Shown: positions 22,270-33,095 of the stretch, in pieces
Numbering within the stretch: the first letter of the stretch is position 1
How the letters are laid out: each line of letters starts with the position of its first letter
Source of the DNA: Escherichia coli
GTDB taxonomy: Bacteria > Pseudomonadota > Gammaproteobacteria > Enterobacterales > Enterobacteriaceae
DNA: 64,000 bases
Assembly: GCF_041886205.1 (NCBI RefSeq)
Contig: NZ_CP169030.1
Strand: one strand, 5' to 3'
Program-made: the position numbers and the translations under genes
Notes under the pieces: model-generated
Seen by the model: the letters and a program-made list of their open reading frames with translations, nothing else
Told to the model about the DNA's origin: nothing
Database searches by the model: none

Positions 22270-22646
22270 TCTTGCCCTCCCTTAATGTGTTCTCCCGGTG
22301 CATACGACATTTCAGCAGGAATATCTCGATATTTCCGTATATTAATTCGTACATTGGGGACAGAAAAAAATGTAACAAGAAACCCGGCTGCAAGCGCATA
22401 TAACGTATACGGAATGGCATATATCAGGATATTCCACATATAACTCGAATTATTTAATTCCGGGTCCGCTTTCCACGAATCAATACAGGCATCAAAAATA
22501 ATATCCATAACTGTCCATAAAACAATTCCGGCAGTCAGGAATACCAGAGACAATCCAGCATACCTGCCAGTAATTCTGGAAATGTATTTATAATCTCGTT
22601 CTGTACTTCTGATTTTGAGTTCAGGATTACTTTTATTTTCTCTCAT
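22266..22646 (-). CDS. trbF: TrbF
   Basis: 126 aa from internal Met; F order. Confidence 0.75.
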   Translation of the reverse strand: MRENKSNPELKIRSTERDYKYISRITGRYAGLSLVFLTAGIVLWTVMDIIFDACIDSWKADPELNNSSYMWNILIYAIPYTLYALAAGFLVTFFSVPNVRINIRKYRDIPAEMSYAPGEHIKGGQE

Positions 22647-22914
22647 TATAAGTTCCCTCTGATATTTCCGATGATTCATTCAGACCGGTCATGCGGCTGT
22701 AATATATTTCAGACACCGAAATCCATCCCACAATTGCCCCCACAAAAAACACAACAGAAACAGAAAAGGTAAGACTCAGCGAAACGACAATTTCTACAGG
22801 GCTGGCGGGATAAAAAAGCCCCTGACGGATAAAGGGGATATTCAGGCTGACGATTATTCCCGTCACGATGCCGGATATTCCGGCAATGAGTAACACCACC
22901 TGCTTATTTCGCAC
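22633..22914 (-). CDS. trbJ: TrbJ (GTG start)
   Basis: 93 aa starting VRNKQVVLLIAGISG; GTG at 22912-22914. Confidence 0.7.
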   Translation of the reverse strand: MRNKQVVLLIAGISGIVTGIIVSLNIPFIRQGLFYPASPVEIVVSLSLTFSVSVVFFVGAIVGWISVSEIYYSRMTGLNESSEISEGTYNERK

Positions 22915-23449
22915 CTTTTTTTCCTCCGTACATCTGCAAAACGGTATCCACCCGCGCCATAAAACCGGCGGCATCCGTTGCCCCCTGTAAAAGCGGTAAT
23001 GCCTCAAGCGTGTTGACGTTGACCAGGAAGGTGGTCGGTGTGGCCACCGGGATATTCGGGAAGAAGGTCTGCATCACGTCCGGTGGCACCGGTAATGCTT
23101 CAGGAAAGGCCGTATCCCCCTGACCATCCAGGGTGTAGGAAAAAACGGAAAAGCCGTACTGCTGTGCCAGCTGTTTCAGTACCGGGTCAAACTGGTGACA
23201 GTAAGGACAATGCCCCTGCATAAACAGCACCACCTTCCAGTCGGCCAAGTTAACCTGCCTGCCATTACTGAGACGGAACCAGCGGGGAGCCGGCTTTGCT
23301 GTCCTGGCTGACGTGCCTGCTGCCGGTTGTGCAGGCTGCGTAGCCATACCCTGCGGATTCCAGAGTCGCTCTATTTCATCCCGGGTGGAGGCCTGCACAG
23401 CAGCGGCGCTCAGCAACAGGGTGAACAGCAGTGATTTAGTGAGAGACAT
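22904..23449 (-). CDS. trbB: TrbB periplasmic thioredoxin-like disulfide isomerase
   Basis: CPYC active-site motif, signal peptide. Confidence 0.9.
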   Translation of the reverse strand: MSLTKSLLFTLLLSAAAVQASTRDEIERLWNPQGMATQPAQPAAGTSARTAKPAPRWFRLSNGRQVNLADWKVVLFMQGHCPYCHQFDPVLKQLAQQYGFSVFSYTLDGQGDTAFPEALPVPPDVMQTFFPNIPVATPTTFLVNVNTLEALPLLQGATDAAGFMARVDTVLQMYGGKKGAK

Positions 23450-23720
23450 GTCCGCCCTCCTGCTGCCCTTCCATCATGGCCTGTTGCCTGGCTTCCAGTG
23501 CCTCACGCTCTTCCCGGCTGACACGGGCAATCCATGCATCCAGCACCTGGTATGCGCCGAACAGTACGAGAATGGCCGCAATCAGCTCCGCCAGAAAAAA
23601 AGCCATCCAGGGTTTGCTGTAAACAAGACGGGCGACGATATGAAACCAGACACCCAGGGAAAATACCCACATTCCCGTAATATCAAGCCGGGGTAAAGAG
23701 AATCTGCGTTTACTTATCAT
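23436..23720 (-). CDS. traQ: TraQ pilin chaperone
   Basis: 94 aa membrane protein, F order. Confidence 0.85.
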   Translation of the reverse strand: MISKRRFSLPRLDITGMWVFSLGVWFHIVARLVYSKPWMAFFLAELIAAILVLFGAYQVLDAWIARVSREEREALEARQQAMMEGQQEGGHVSH

Positions 23721-23800
23721 GTTAAACTCCGGTTATTATTTACATGAGAGTATTCATGTCTGTAATATTCGCGTTTGTGTGATATTAATCAGAGGTACAA

Positions 23801-24115
23801 ATGGAAAAGCGATCTTTTAAAGAAAAACTGGAAATAATCAGAAACATAATAAGAGAGTCGTTACTGGGAAATACGGCAATTATTGCGCTGATATATGCAG
23901 CATCACATTCATTACCGGTCAATGCTTTCCCTGACTATCTTGTAATAAGTTTATTAAGTGTCGCAGCAGGCATCGTTGTATTATGGTTATTTTCAATTAT
24001 CTATATTTATTTTTGTGAGCTATTCAGAAGCCACTGGATTGCGGTATGGTTTATCATATGGTCTTCAGTAATCAACCTCATTATTTTGTATGGTTTTTAT
24101 GACCGTTTTATATGA
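23801..24115 (+). CDS. artA: ArtA (anti-sense to tra operon)
   Basis: 104 aa hydrophobic ORF on the opposite strand between traQ and trbA, as in F. Confidence 0.7.
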   Translation: MEKRSFKEKLEIIRNIIRESLLGNTAIIALIYAASHSLPVNAFPDYLVISLLSVAAGIVVLWLFSIIYIYFCELFRSHWIAVWFIIWSSVINLIILYGFYDRFI

Positions 24116-24116
24116 C

Positions 24117-24464
24117 TTAGCCTGTCATAAGCCCCCTTATAAAAAACCACATCACTCCGGACCATACCGATGACAACATAATACAGATAAATATTCTTCT
24201 GAACCTGTCGAAGCTCGTAACGTCCGGTAATGCGGCCGCAACTATTGAAACAACCAGTGCTGCGCCCTGACTCATAATTGCACCACACAGAAACCAGAGA
24301 CTGGCGGTAAGCACATATAAACACGCGATATTAACAACAAGGAAAACCAGTGAGCTCAGGAGAAACATTTTCCTGTCATTACGCTCAGAAAAGAAATAAC
24401 CGGCAATAATGACAAATATTAACAGAACAACACCTGTAAACATTTTCAAATAATCTTCACTCAT
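24117..24464 (-). CDS. trbA: TrbA
   Basis: 115 aa membrane protein, F order. Confidence 0.8.
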   Translation of the reverse strand: MSEDYLKMFTGVVLLIFVIIAGYFFSERNDRKMFLLSSLVFLVVNIACLYVLTASLWFLCGAIMSQGAALVVSIVAAALPDVTSFDRFRRIFICIMLSSVWSGVMWFFIRGLMTG

Positions 24465-24479
24465 AAATCAAATCCGCGA

Positions 24480-25223
24480 TTAAAAATTGGGTTTAAAATC
24501 TTCAGAAACGTTCAGGAACTGTTTTGCCAGGTCGTCCTGCGAAATAAAGCCGTATGATAACGGGCGAACACTGCCCTGTTTCGGGTCAACCAGCATCATG
24601 GCCGGGAAATATTTCACGCCGAGGCGCTGCGCCTGCCCCTGGTCAGTCCGGGAATCCGGCAACAGCGGATTAATCACGCCATCCACGGAAACGGGAATAA
24701 CACTCAGACCATACGTATCCCGGAAGCCATTAATGACCTGCGCCAGTTGCCCGTCGATGGGGTCCTGCCCCCGGTAAAAAAACATGATGCCGTAGTGTTC
24801 AGCCAGTTTCGCAATGGCCTGTCGCTGCTGCGCCTGGTCTGCTGCCAGCTGGTTCCGTACCGTGCCGTTGTAATGACTGTACTGCAGGTTATAGTCCAGT
24901 TCAGGATGTGCCAGCATGGCCTTTCTGGCGCTCATGGTGAAAAGCCCGGCCTGCTGAGCCCAGTAATTTTGCAGCCGGAAATATTTCACAAAATTATCCA
25001 CGCCGGGATACAGAATGGCTTCGTACAGCGCCCGCTTTGTTGCCGTCTGCAGTGCGGCCAGTTTCTGCATAATATCCGGTTCCTGACGGGGGGCTGCAGG
25101 TACAGGTTTATTTTCTTTTTCCTTCGGATTTATTTTCTCGTTATACCACTGCCAGCCTGCATCTTTTCCTGACGCCGGAAAAATAAAGCAGCAGAGTAAC
25201 AGTGGCAGTAATGCTTTATTCAT
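24480..25223 (-). CDS. traF: TraF pilus assembly (thioredoxin-like fold)
   Basis: Start MNKALLPLLLCC signal peptide; F TraF. Confidence 0.92.
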   Translation of the reverse strand: MNKALLPLLLCCFIFPASGKDAGWQWYNEKINPKEKENKPVPAAPRQEPDIMQKLAALQTATKRALYEAILYPGVDNFVKYFRLQNYWAQQAGLFTMSARKAMLAHPELDYNLQYSHYNGTVRNQLAADQAQQRQAIAKLAEHYGIMFFYRGQDPIDGQLAQVINGFRDTYGLSVIPVSVDGVINPLLPDSRTDQGQAQRLGVKYFPAMMLVDPKQGSVRPLSYGFISQDDLAKQFLNVSEDFKPNF

Positions 25224-25476
25224 CTTCATTCCTTTCATCACTTTTTCTTTCATCAGGTTTCTGCAGGTCAGTCAGGGCAGAAAAACAAAAATACAGAATA
25301 AACAGGAGCACACCGGAGTAAAGGATAACGAAAGCAGCGGCAAGCATCCCGTCTGCCGTGGTTTCTTTTACCGTATCCCACGACCAGATAATTACCGGAG
25401 AAATGACAATCGCTGTAATCAAAAGCCGGATAAGAAAATCAATAAAACGGTTCGACGTGAATATGACTTTCATCAT
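25216..25476 (-). CDS. trbE: TrbE
   Basis: 86 aa membrane protein, F order. Confidence 0.8.
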   Translation of the reverse strand: MMKVIFTSNRFIDFLIRLLITAIVISPVIIWSWDTVKETTADGMLAAAFVILYSGVLLFILYFCFSALTDLQKPDERKSDERNEDE

Positions 25477-25499
25477 TTCCCCCGGTTATTTCCCATACC

Positions 25500-27308
25500 T
25501 TACTGTCCTGCCTGTTTCAGCTGGTCAGCAATCTGCTCTTTCACTTTCTGCGTCAGAACGCCACTGTCCGGGATTTTCTGGTTATTCATCAGGTCTTCGT
25601 AGAAGTTAGTGAAATCCAGTCTGTTGAACTGAATTTTCTGCAGCTCATCAACCGTAATCCCCCGACAGTCAGGATGCTTCGCACTACCAAAACTGATACG
25701 CAACTGACCGTTGCGCCCCTGCTGCTGGACTATCTGCGCCAGCTTCGAATCAAACTGACAGTAGCTGCGTTTTTTCTCCAGACAGACACCCAGCACTTTC
25801 TTCGAACAGAACTCCCCGACGCTGACGGTCAGTTTGTTTGATTTTGCTTTAGCCAGGGCCTTTTCATCACTGCTGCATTTGGCCAGCCCGATATCCTGTC
25901 CCCAGCCGCTGTCCTTACAGCAGTTGCTGTATCCGGCTGCAGCCTTCTTACAAAATTTCGCCTGACCGGTGAAAGCACGGACATCCACCCCGTTCAGCGC
26001 CGCAACATCCTTACCTGCTGCGGCCAGTGCCGCCAGCTGAGAAACGGCTTCGGCAAAATCATTACTCTGCCCGCTCTGAGCCTTATCGCATTCGCCATCG
26101 AGACAGAAGACGTCTCCCCCACAGACCATCACTTTCCCGGATGTTTTTGACTCACAGGAGTACGTGGCATATTCATGCAGACAGGCACCTTCTTCGGAGT
26201 AAAAGGCACACTGGTGTGACACCAGGGTACAGGCAGGATTGTCGGTGTAGGTCTGACAGGTTCCCTTGTCTGCTGACTGCGTGACATACGTGTCCCGGTA
26301 TGCCCAGCAGCTCTGGTACATGCTGTATGACTGACCGTCTTTCACCAGCGTCCTATTCCCGCCAGCCTCCGTACATTCTGTTTTTGTCAGTTTCCCCAGC
26401 TCCTTGCTGAACGGGCAGCTTTCAGACCAGACAACATACGGGGTGTACGAGGCTTTTTTTACCCTGACAACCAGACGCAGCTTCATTGCCGTATGACGTT
26501 TGAATTTTGTATTCCCGACCCGGACGGGGTGAGATGACGTAAAAGCCACACCGGCAGTCAGTGTTTTCTGTACTGGTGTAAATGAGGCATCTGCTGAGTA
26601 TTTGGCATTCCAGCTCAGTGGGGTTCCCAGTACTGTAATTGTCATAGGTACACTCTTCTGCAAGTAAGTACGACTCCAGCTGTAATGCGCATCGACAATT
26701 TCACCGGTAACGGGAGAGGTCATGGAGACAACATACTGACCATTCACTTCACGTGCAGGTAGCTGACTCATTTCATACTCCAGCGTCCGGGTTTCCCATG
26801 TGGTACTCCCCTGCAGCTCCATACGGGCAGTTCGTGTGCAGTACTGCTCCACCTGTAAATCCCGCTCACAGGTGTAATTCGTGTATTCACTCCTGCTAAT
26901 CTCCTGCGCACTGCACTGCTGCCCGGTGTTTCCCACAATGCTGTCAGCCCGGTTCACCACATCCCTGCCGGTCTGGATAAACGGTGCATCCGGTGAAAGA
27001 ATGTCTTTCGGCTTGTTCATGAATGACTCTGTAATGGTTTTTCCGGTTTCACCGGTCGCCCATTCCGTGGTGCCGTCATTTTTCAGGCCGCCATCCCCGC
27101 CGGCAGTCACGCCACCGTAATATTTTGTCTCGTCCGGATTCGCGTTATAGCCGGGGATACTCTCCTGTGGCTTAAAGCCTTGAATACTGCTGCTTCCCTG
27201 CCCTTTGATCTGGTGAGCAAAATCAGAACCGGCCCGGTAATCACTGTTGCTGTCAGCCTGTGCCATGCCGGCAACCAGAGCCAGTATCAGAGGTAAAATA
27301 CGTTTCAT
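25500..27308 (-). CDS. traN: TraN mating-pair stabilisation outer-membrane protein
   Basis: 602 aa, Cys-rich, signal peptide. Confidence 0.95.
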   Translation of the reverse strand: MKRILPLILALVAGMAQADSNSDYRAGSDFAHQIKGQGSSSIQGFKPQESIPGYNANPDETKYYGGVTAGGDGGLKNDGTTEWATGETGKTITESFMNKPKDILSPDAPFIQTGRDVVNRADSIVGNTGQQCSAQEISRSEYTNYTCERDLQVEQYCTRTARMELQGSTTWETRTLEYEMSQLPAREVNGQYVVSMTSPVTGEIVDAHYSWSRTYLQKSVPMTITVLGTPLSWNAKYSADASFTPVQKTLTAGVAFTSSHPVRVGNTKFKRHTAMKLRLVVRVKKASYTPYVVWSESCPFSKELGKLTKTECTEAGGNRTLVKDGQSYSMYQSCWAYRDTYVTQSADKGTCQTYTDNPACTLVSHQCAFYSEEGACLHEYATYSCESKTSGKVMVCGGDVFCLDGECDKAQSGQSNDFAEAVSQLAALAAAGKDVAALNGVDVRAFTGQAKFCKKAAAGYSNCCKDSGWGQDIGLAKCSSDEKALAKAKSNKLTVSVGEFCSKKVLGVCLEKKRSYCQFDSKLAQIVQQQGRNGQLRISFGSAKHPDCRGITVDELQKIQFNRLDFTNFYEDLMNNQKIPDSGVLTQKVKEQIADQLKQAGQ

Positions 27309-27943
27309 TTCCCGGAATCTCCTTTCCCTGCCAGTAAATCATGAGCCACCTGCCGGCAGTCACCCGTGGCGGCCACTTTCTCCAGCGCCTGGCCGACCCG
27401 CAGGTTTCCCCGGATGATGTCGTATCCCTGACTGCAGAACACCACCAGTGCCGGTACAGTGCGAATGCCGTACTGTGAAAACAGCGTCGGGTCGATCTGA
27501 ACACCATCAGTCGCGCCGTCTTTCACCAGGGACAACACAGCTTCAGCGGTGGTCTTCAGGTCATTGTTCACCATGCCCCGCAGTGTGGCCGGAATACCGA
27601 AGTGCCGGGTTTCGCCCAGCATTCGTTTCAGCCCCTCTTCGGGAATGGAAAACGACACAAAATACAGAGCACCCTGCCGGGGTTTCCCGTCCTGCGAAGC
27701 CTGCTGTTTACGAACCAGCTCATCCAGGAAATGGTTATCTGAACGCTGAAGGGGGTTTTCCAGCACCTGTTTCTCCGCCCAGGCTTTCAGCTGATGGTCA
27801 GGTTTTTCACGCAGTTGTCTGCTTAAATTTTCCTGCTGCTTCAGGAACTGGCGGTTTTCAGGAGTGTTCACGTTTTCTGACGCCATAACCGCCCCGTTCA
27901 GCATCATCAGCAGTGCTGCCAGAGATTTCATACTCAGCTTCAT
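27305..27943 (-). CDS. trbC: TrbC pilus assembly
   Basis: 212 aa with signal peptide. Confidence 0.9.
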   Translation of the reverse strand: MKLSMKSLAALLMMLNGAVMASENVNTPENRQFLKQQENLSRQLREKPDHQLKAWAEKQVLENPLQRSDNHFLDELVRKQQASQDGKPRQGALYFVSFSIPEEGLKRMLGETRHFGIPATLRGMVNNDLKTTAEAVLSLVKDGATDGVQIDPTLFSQYGIRTVPALVVFCSQGYDIIRGNLRVGQALEKVAATGDCRQVAHDLLAGKGDSGK

Positions 27944-27951
27944 CATTCACC

Positions 27952-28944
27952 TCACAGGAAGACACAGTTACGTTTACGCCACATCAGGTAGCCGAAGTTT
28001 TTCTTTGTGTTGGGCGGATTTTTCCCGTTTTCCCAGCGGGTCACGCTGCGCCCGAACGGGTGGCACTGCCCGCTGTCCGGATACATATTCACCATCTGGT
28101 AACGCCAGCGTTCTTTGGGCAGGATTGGGGACGGATATTCATTACAGACGGCGTTATTTTTCCCGATGGTTTCCATAATCATGCCCTGACGGTGCAGCTT
28201 GAACGCCATGCGTTCACTGACCAGCAGGGAGGACTGCAACGGACTGGACTCATTACTCACCCAGCCATTGAACGGGTACATACTTCCCTGCGAACCGGCA
28301 CACCAGAACAGAACATCGAGAGGCATATTAAAGGCGCTGGCAATCGCATCTGCTGCGCAGGCTCCCTGTGCTATCGGATTGGCAAAGATGACAGCTTCCG
28401 GATTGAGAATGGTGGTCAGGCTGCTGTCCGTCCAGGTGGGGTCGATTTCAGAAAGATAAGCGATATCCATGTCACCACCTTCCAGACAGCCCAGCGATGT
28501 GATGATGTTCAGCCAGTACGTCAGCGGGTATTTGTACCAGTGAACGTGATAGAACGCCCCATTTACCTGCTTCTCATCCTTTTTCGCCGTTCCCTGTGCC
28601 GTTTTACCAAAAGCCGGCAGGCTGAAGCCCAGGTTCACCATGCATCCCGGTGACCGGGTGACGTCCGTCAACGCCATCGGCTCCCAGTAACCAATGGCCA
28701 GCCCGATACGCCTGAACAGCGGCGGCGGTGCCGGACAAATCTGAATGGGCATCGACGGGTTCGCCGTGTCGGGGACCTTACCCTGACTGACTTTGATACT
28801 GCCCAGCGAGAGCGGGAAAATACAGCTCCAGCAGATATCTGTGATCGGGTTTACAAAACGCCCCTCACAGGCAGAATCCGCAGACGCCGCAGGGACATGA
28901 CCGGCGAAAAGGAATAACATCAGCAGCCACAGCCTTCGCTTCAT
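27952..28944 (-). CDS. traU: TraU
   Basis: 330 aa, F TraU sequence. Confidence 0.95.
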   Translation of the reverse strand: MKRRLWLLMLFLFAGHVPAASADSACEGRFVNPITDICWSCIFPLSLGSIKVSQGKVPDTANPSMPIQICPAPPPLFRRIGLAIGYWEPMALTDVTRSPGCMVNLGFSLPAFGKTAQGTAKKDEKQVNGAFYHVHWYKYPLTYWLNIITSLGCLEGGDMDIAYLSEIDPTWTDSSLTTILNPEAVIFANPIAQGACAADAIASAFNMPLDVLFWCAGSQGSMYPFNGWVSNESSPLQSSLLVSERMAFKLHRQGMIMETIGKNNAVCNEYPSPILPKERWRYQMVNMYPDSGQCHPFGRSVTRWENGKNPPNTKKNFGYLMWRKRNCVFL

Positions 28945-29573
28945 TTTCTGCCCTCCTCTGCCGGAATAAATTCCACCTTCAGGAAGCGATCGCCGGGAAC
29001 GGCGCTCACCCGTGCCGGGACCTGATCAATGCCGAGGCGCTGGCAGAGCACACCGTTCTGGTCAAAGTAAACACGGCTGTCCAGAGACTTCTGCATCTCC
29101 GGGATACTGCCCTGCACGAGGATAATTTTGCTCTCCAGTGTGGGCGGCGTCTGGCGTTTCATCCAGGCCACCTGCGCCGGATCATCGCCATTGATGAAAT
29201 ACAGCGTCTGGTTAAAAGGAACATACTGCAGCGGATTCATCACTTCACCCTGACGGGCAAACACCCGCCCTTCGTTATCCCGGATATCCGCAGCCAGTCT
29301 GACGGACGGGTCAAACAACCGGCTGCCGTATTTCTCCGTGCGTCCGATACCGGGCACGGCAGGGGGCCGCAGACTGTTGCGGATCACCCGCTCCTTAAAG
29401 GCATCCATTTTCCGGCCCATCTCACCGGACTGCTCCAGTGCCGTCAGGCGCTGCATGATCACCGTCAGCATGTCCGGCTCCTTTACCGGCCACAGATCGC
29501 CCCAGGTACCAAGATCGGCGGCGGCCACACTCTGCCCCCATATCAGCAGGGCAATCAGCCCCCGGCATCTCAT
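28941..29573 (-). CDS. traW: TraW
   Basis: Start MRCRGLIALLIW; 210 aa. Confidence 0.9.
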   Translation of the reverse strand: MRCRGLIALLIWGQSVAAADLGTWGDLWPVKEPDMLTVIMQRLTALEQSGEMGRKMDAFKERVIRNSLRPPAVPGIGRTEKYGSRLFDPSVRLAADIRDNEGRVFARQGEVMNPLQYVPFNQTLYFINGDDPAQVAWMKRQTPPTLESKIILVQGSIPEMQKSLDSRVYFDQNGVLCQRLGIDQVPARVSAVPGDRFLKVEFIPAEEGRK

Positions 29574-29956
29574 GGTTCCGCCCTCATTCGCCGGGCAATA
29601 TCCTGCTGGATTTCCCGGGTGATATCCGGTGCCCCCTGTACCACAGCAGGCGACACCAGAATGACCGCGTGGTGTTTCTGCTGCCACGCCTGCAGGCTGG
29701 CTTCCAGTGCCGTGTTAAAACGCGCTGAAAGGGCTTTTGACTGCGCTTCTGACAGTTGTTTCTGACTGGCGCTGTCAAAAAACGCATCCACGGTCTGTTT
29801 CATGTTGAAGGCGACAGTCACCGGTGCGTTCAGTCTGACAATGCCGTAACTGACGGCTGCGTTCAGTAACACCATTGCCAGGCATCCCGGCACCGTCCAC
29901 CACCAGTGGCTGCGTCGTTCTGCCGTGACGTCGGCGGGTTTCTGCATTGAACTCAT
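29570..29956 (-). CDS. trbI: TrbI
   Basis: 128 aa, F order. Confidence 0.88.
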   Translation of the reverse strand: MSSMQKPADVTAERRSHWWWTVPGCLAMVLLNAAVSYGIVRLNAPVTVAFNMKQTVDAFFDSASQKQLSEAQSKALSARFNTALEASLQAWQQKHHAVILVSPAVVQGAPDITREIQQDIARRMRAEP

Positions 29957-32580
29957 GCCACACTCCTGTATTTCTCATGTTCTTCCAGCCAGGCTTCCAG
30001 CGAAGCCATTTCCGGCCCTGACTTCTTCCACGCCAGCTGCCACACTGCCTCATGAATACTCAGCCCCTCTTTACGCTTCTGCTGCACAAACTCAAAATCC
30101 GGGCCGTCAGAGCTGTACATGGCGCGGCTTAACGGGTCCACAAACAGACGGTGCCAGGAGGAATGGTTTTCCACCTGCAGCAGGAAGGAACTGAACCACT
30201 GGTCTTTGGCCGCACCAAACTTACCAATCATGTCGCGCTGCAGTGGCAGGAACTGGTCCGGATACAGTTGGTTGTATTTCGCGAACTCCTTCGCACTCTG
30301 TTTGAGGATAATTTTGTAGGAGGAGTTACCCCATGCCGCGCGGGCAGCACTGGAGGCCTTATCAGAGTCAAAGTCGACGATGTTCTGTGTGATGGTGATA
30401 TAGGCACCGGTATGACGGCGGGCCGTACGGTAGCCTTTCTCAATAAATTCACCGACCTTGTGATTTTTGAAGTCCAGCAGACGCCAGCCTTCATCAATAA
30501 CGTTCAGTTTCTTGAGGTTACGCGGCGTGCGGTACATCCTGTTCTCGATGTAGATAATCAGGGAGAACATCACCGCAACCAGCAGTGACGGACGGTCTTC
30601 CAGTCCGCCCAGCTCCAGCACCACCATTTTTGCGTCATCCCGCAGGGACGGCTCATCAGAGTTAAAATACTGGCCGTAAGTGCCGTTGGCAGTGTACTGG
30701 TCAAGCAGCACAATCATTTCGTCCAGACGGCTGCGGATAGTCGGTGACTCGGCATACTGCTCGCTGTCACTGGCGTTTTTCAGGAAATCCACCACGTCAT
30801 CAATACGTGCTCTGTTCTCTTTGGCCAGCCAGGAGGCTCTGACCGCCTGCAACAGCAGACCTTCATGCACTTCATCCAGGTTACCGTTGGGGCTGGCCAT
30901 CACTGACAACTGGTCACGGACACGCTCCGCTGACTGGTCAATATCGGTGATGTTCGCAAACGGGTTAAAACGCAGGGTTTCACCGTCCAGATACACCCCG
31001 CCCATGTTCTCACACAGGGACTTGTATCCATCCCCCATGTCGAACACCACGGCAAAGCCTCCGGAGTCCAGCACGCTGCGGATAAGTGGCTGTATCAGCC
31101 CGGTTTTACCGGCCCCGGAGGTGCCACAGACCGCCATGTTGTAGTTGGTGTTATTCATCCCCCGGAAGAAAATATCGATAAACGCCAGCTGGTTACGGTA
31201 GGTGGGTGCCAGCAGACCTGCCGGTGTCAGGGGGTTATCCGCCACTAACGGCATCAGGTTGGCAACATTAAAGCTCTCTGCGCGCTGAACCACTCCGGCC
31301 TCTTTCAGCTGTTTAAACAGCCCTTTCCCGGCCATAAAGGGCAGGCAGGTCAGGAAATTGCGCATGTGGTTAAAGCGCGGTGAAATCAGCTCAAAACCGT
31401 TTTTACGAAAGCTGTTCAGGATGTCCTGCTCCACTTCCAGCGCCGTTTCATTATTGTCCTTGCAGAATGCTGTGATGTTGAGGAAGTAGGACACCACGGA
31501 GGACTGACCGGAGCCCAGCCGCTGACGCAATTCCCCCCACTCCTTCGCCTCTTTCTCCACGGACGGAAACCATTTGGCATAGGAGGTCTTCGACTTTTTC
31601 TCCAGGTCCATGTACTTCAGGTTGGCTTCGCTGTGGGTTTTCACCTGGTCTTCCACCACCAGAGTCAGCGTCAGGATGAACGGACAGGAGATGGACAGTT
31701 CCGGGTTCAGCAGGTTGCTGTAGTTGTCGGCCACGTTCCACAGGAAGGCGATTTCCGGGTTACGGGCCAGATGGAAATTCAGGATGCGGGCCGTGCTGTT
31801 CCTGCCGTTCTCACGCAGGCCCAGCGTCAGGTAATCAGCCCGGACTTTCAGATCAAAACTGTCCTCCACACACTGATAATTCAGATCAGAATACGGGTCC
31901 AGCTGACGTCTTTTCGGGTACAGGGAGTCCGGGTTATGGTTAATCATCTCCCCGACAATATCGATAAAGGCCTGTGCATCCACCGTCTGTGTGGTGATAC
32001 TGGCCCCCTGTAACGACGCCCGGATGATTTTCACCAGGTTTTCCATTTCCAGAATGTCGGCCCGGCTTTTTTTCTTCGAAGGAGAACAGTACGAGATAAA
32101 CACCCGGTAATGGCGCAGGGTCAGGGGCAGATTCATCCCCTCCGGCAGCGGAAACTGTGTCGCTGCCGCTTTCATATAATAGGCCCGGGTAATGGCGTTA
32201 AACCGTTCAGCCTGTTCACCTGACCAGGAGAACTCACGCAGCCCGTATTCAATCCTGTCACCAACCAGCTGACTGGACATCAGATGGATACACAACGGAA
32301 TACCGCGCGGCAGTTTGGTGCGCAGCATGTGATCGAGGGCCTCCACAATGGACTCATTCGCCCCATTGATGGGGATGGCTTCCAGCATAAAGCCCATCGT
32401 GGTGTCATTCATGAACAGACCGGATTCCTGGTTGTAATCACGGTACGGCAGCAGACGGCTGAACTGCGGGAAGCTCATTTCGCCCAGAACTTCATTGGCC
32501 TTTGCGGATTCGTCAGGCAGTTTCAGTGCTGTGACGAGGGAGTTAACCGCCTGAGTGACGGCCTCAAGTGGGTTATTCAC
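29953..32580 (-). CDS. traC: TraC VirB4-family ATPase
   Basis: 875 aa, Walker A GTSGAGKT. Confidence 0.97.
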   Translation of the reverse strand: MNNPLEAVTQAVNSLVTALKLPDESAKANEVLGEMSFPQFSRLLPYRDYNQESGLFMNDTTMGFMLEAIPINGANESIVEALDHMLRTKLPRGIPLCIHLMSSQLVGDRIEYGLREFSWSGEQAERFNAITRAYYMKAAATQFPLPEGMNLPLTLRHYRVFISYCSPSKKKSRADILEMENLVKIIRASLQGASITTQTVDAQAFIDIVGEMINHNPDSLYPKRRQLDPYSDLNYQCVEDSFDLKVRADYLTLGLRENGRNSTARILNFHLARNPEIAFLWNVADNYSNLLNPELSISCPFILTLTLVVEDQVKTHSEANLKYMDLEKKSKTSYAKWFPSVEKEAKEWGELRQRLGSGQSSVVSYFLNITAFCKDNNETALEVEQDILNSFRKNGFELISPRFNHMRNFLTCLPFMAGKGLFKQLKEAGVVQRAESFNVANLMPLVADNPLTPAGLLAPTYRNQLAFIDIFFRGMNNTNYNMAVCGTSGAGKTGLIQPLIRSVLDSGGFAVVFDMGDGYKSLCENMGGVYLDGETLRFNPFANITDIDQSAERVRDQLSVMASPNGNLDEVHEGLLLQAVRASWLAKENRARIDDVVDFLKNASDSEQYAESPTIRSRLDEMIVLLDQYTANGTYGQYFNSDEPSLRDDAKMVVLELGGLEDRPSLLVAVMFSLIIYIENRMYRTPRNLKKLNVIDEGWRLLDFKNHKVGEFIEKGYRTARRHTGAYITITQNIVDFDSDKASSAARAAWGNSSYKIILKQSAKEFAKYNQLYPDQFLPLQRDMIGKFGAAKDQWFSSFLLQVENHSSWHRLFVDPLSRAMYSSDGPDFEFVQQKRKEGLSIHEAVWQLAWKKSGPEMASLEAWLEEHEKYRSVA

Positions 32581-32739
32581 ATGAATTCCTTAGTTGAAAA
32601 ATAAAGCGAGAAATGCGGTAGCCATGAAGGGAATACCTGTAATTAACGCGCCATTTCCCGGCGCATATACAAAGATTTCTGTTTTCTGAATATCCACTCA
32701 TGTTCATCCGGAATTAAATCACTATGTTCTGCGACTGAC

Positions 32740-32961
32740 TTATGCATAATGTTTTCTCTGTCTTTCCTGATACGCCTGACATTCAACGCACAACGTCACA
32801 CCGGGAAATATTTTCCGCCGGGCTTCCGGAATAGGATTTCCGCATGCTTCACAGAGATAAACAGGAATACCATGAGCATTTATTTTCTGGCGTATCCGGT
32901 TTATTCCTGTCATGGTCAGTTGTTCTGTCACTGAATATGCTTCATCGGCTTCATCACTCAC
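32740..32961 (-). CDS. traR: TraR (DksA/TraR C4 zinc-finger)
   Basis: 73 aa, CxxC…CxxC. Confidence 0.9.
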   Translation of the reverse strand: MSDEADEAYSVTEQLTMTGINRIRQKINAHGIPVYLCEACGNPIPEARRKIFPGVTLCVECQAYQERQRKHYA

Positions 32962-33095
32962 GGAATATTCCTCCCGACATGTTCTGACACGCTACCGCCC
33001 ATCCCTTTTCACGCACAGGGCACTCGTTTTACAGGCAGATTTTGAATACAGAAAGCCCGCCGGCATTGCCGGCTGATATACAACTTCAGGGCCAG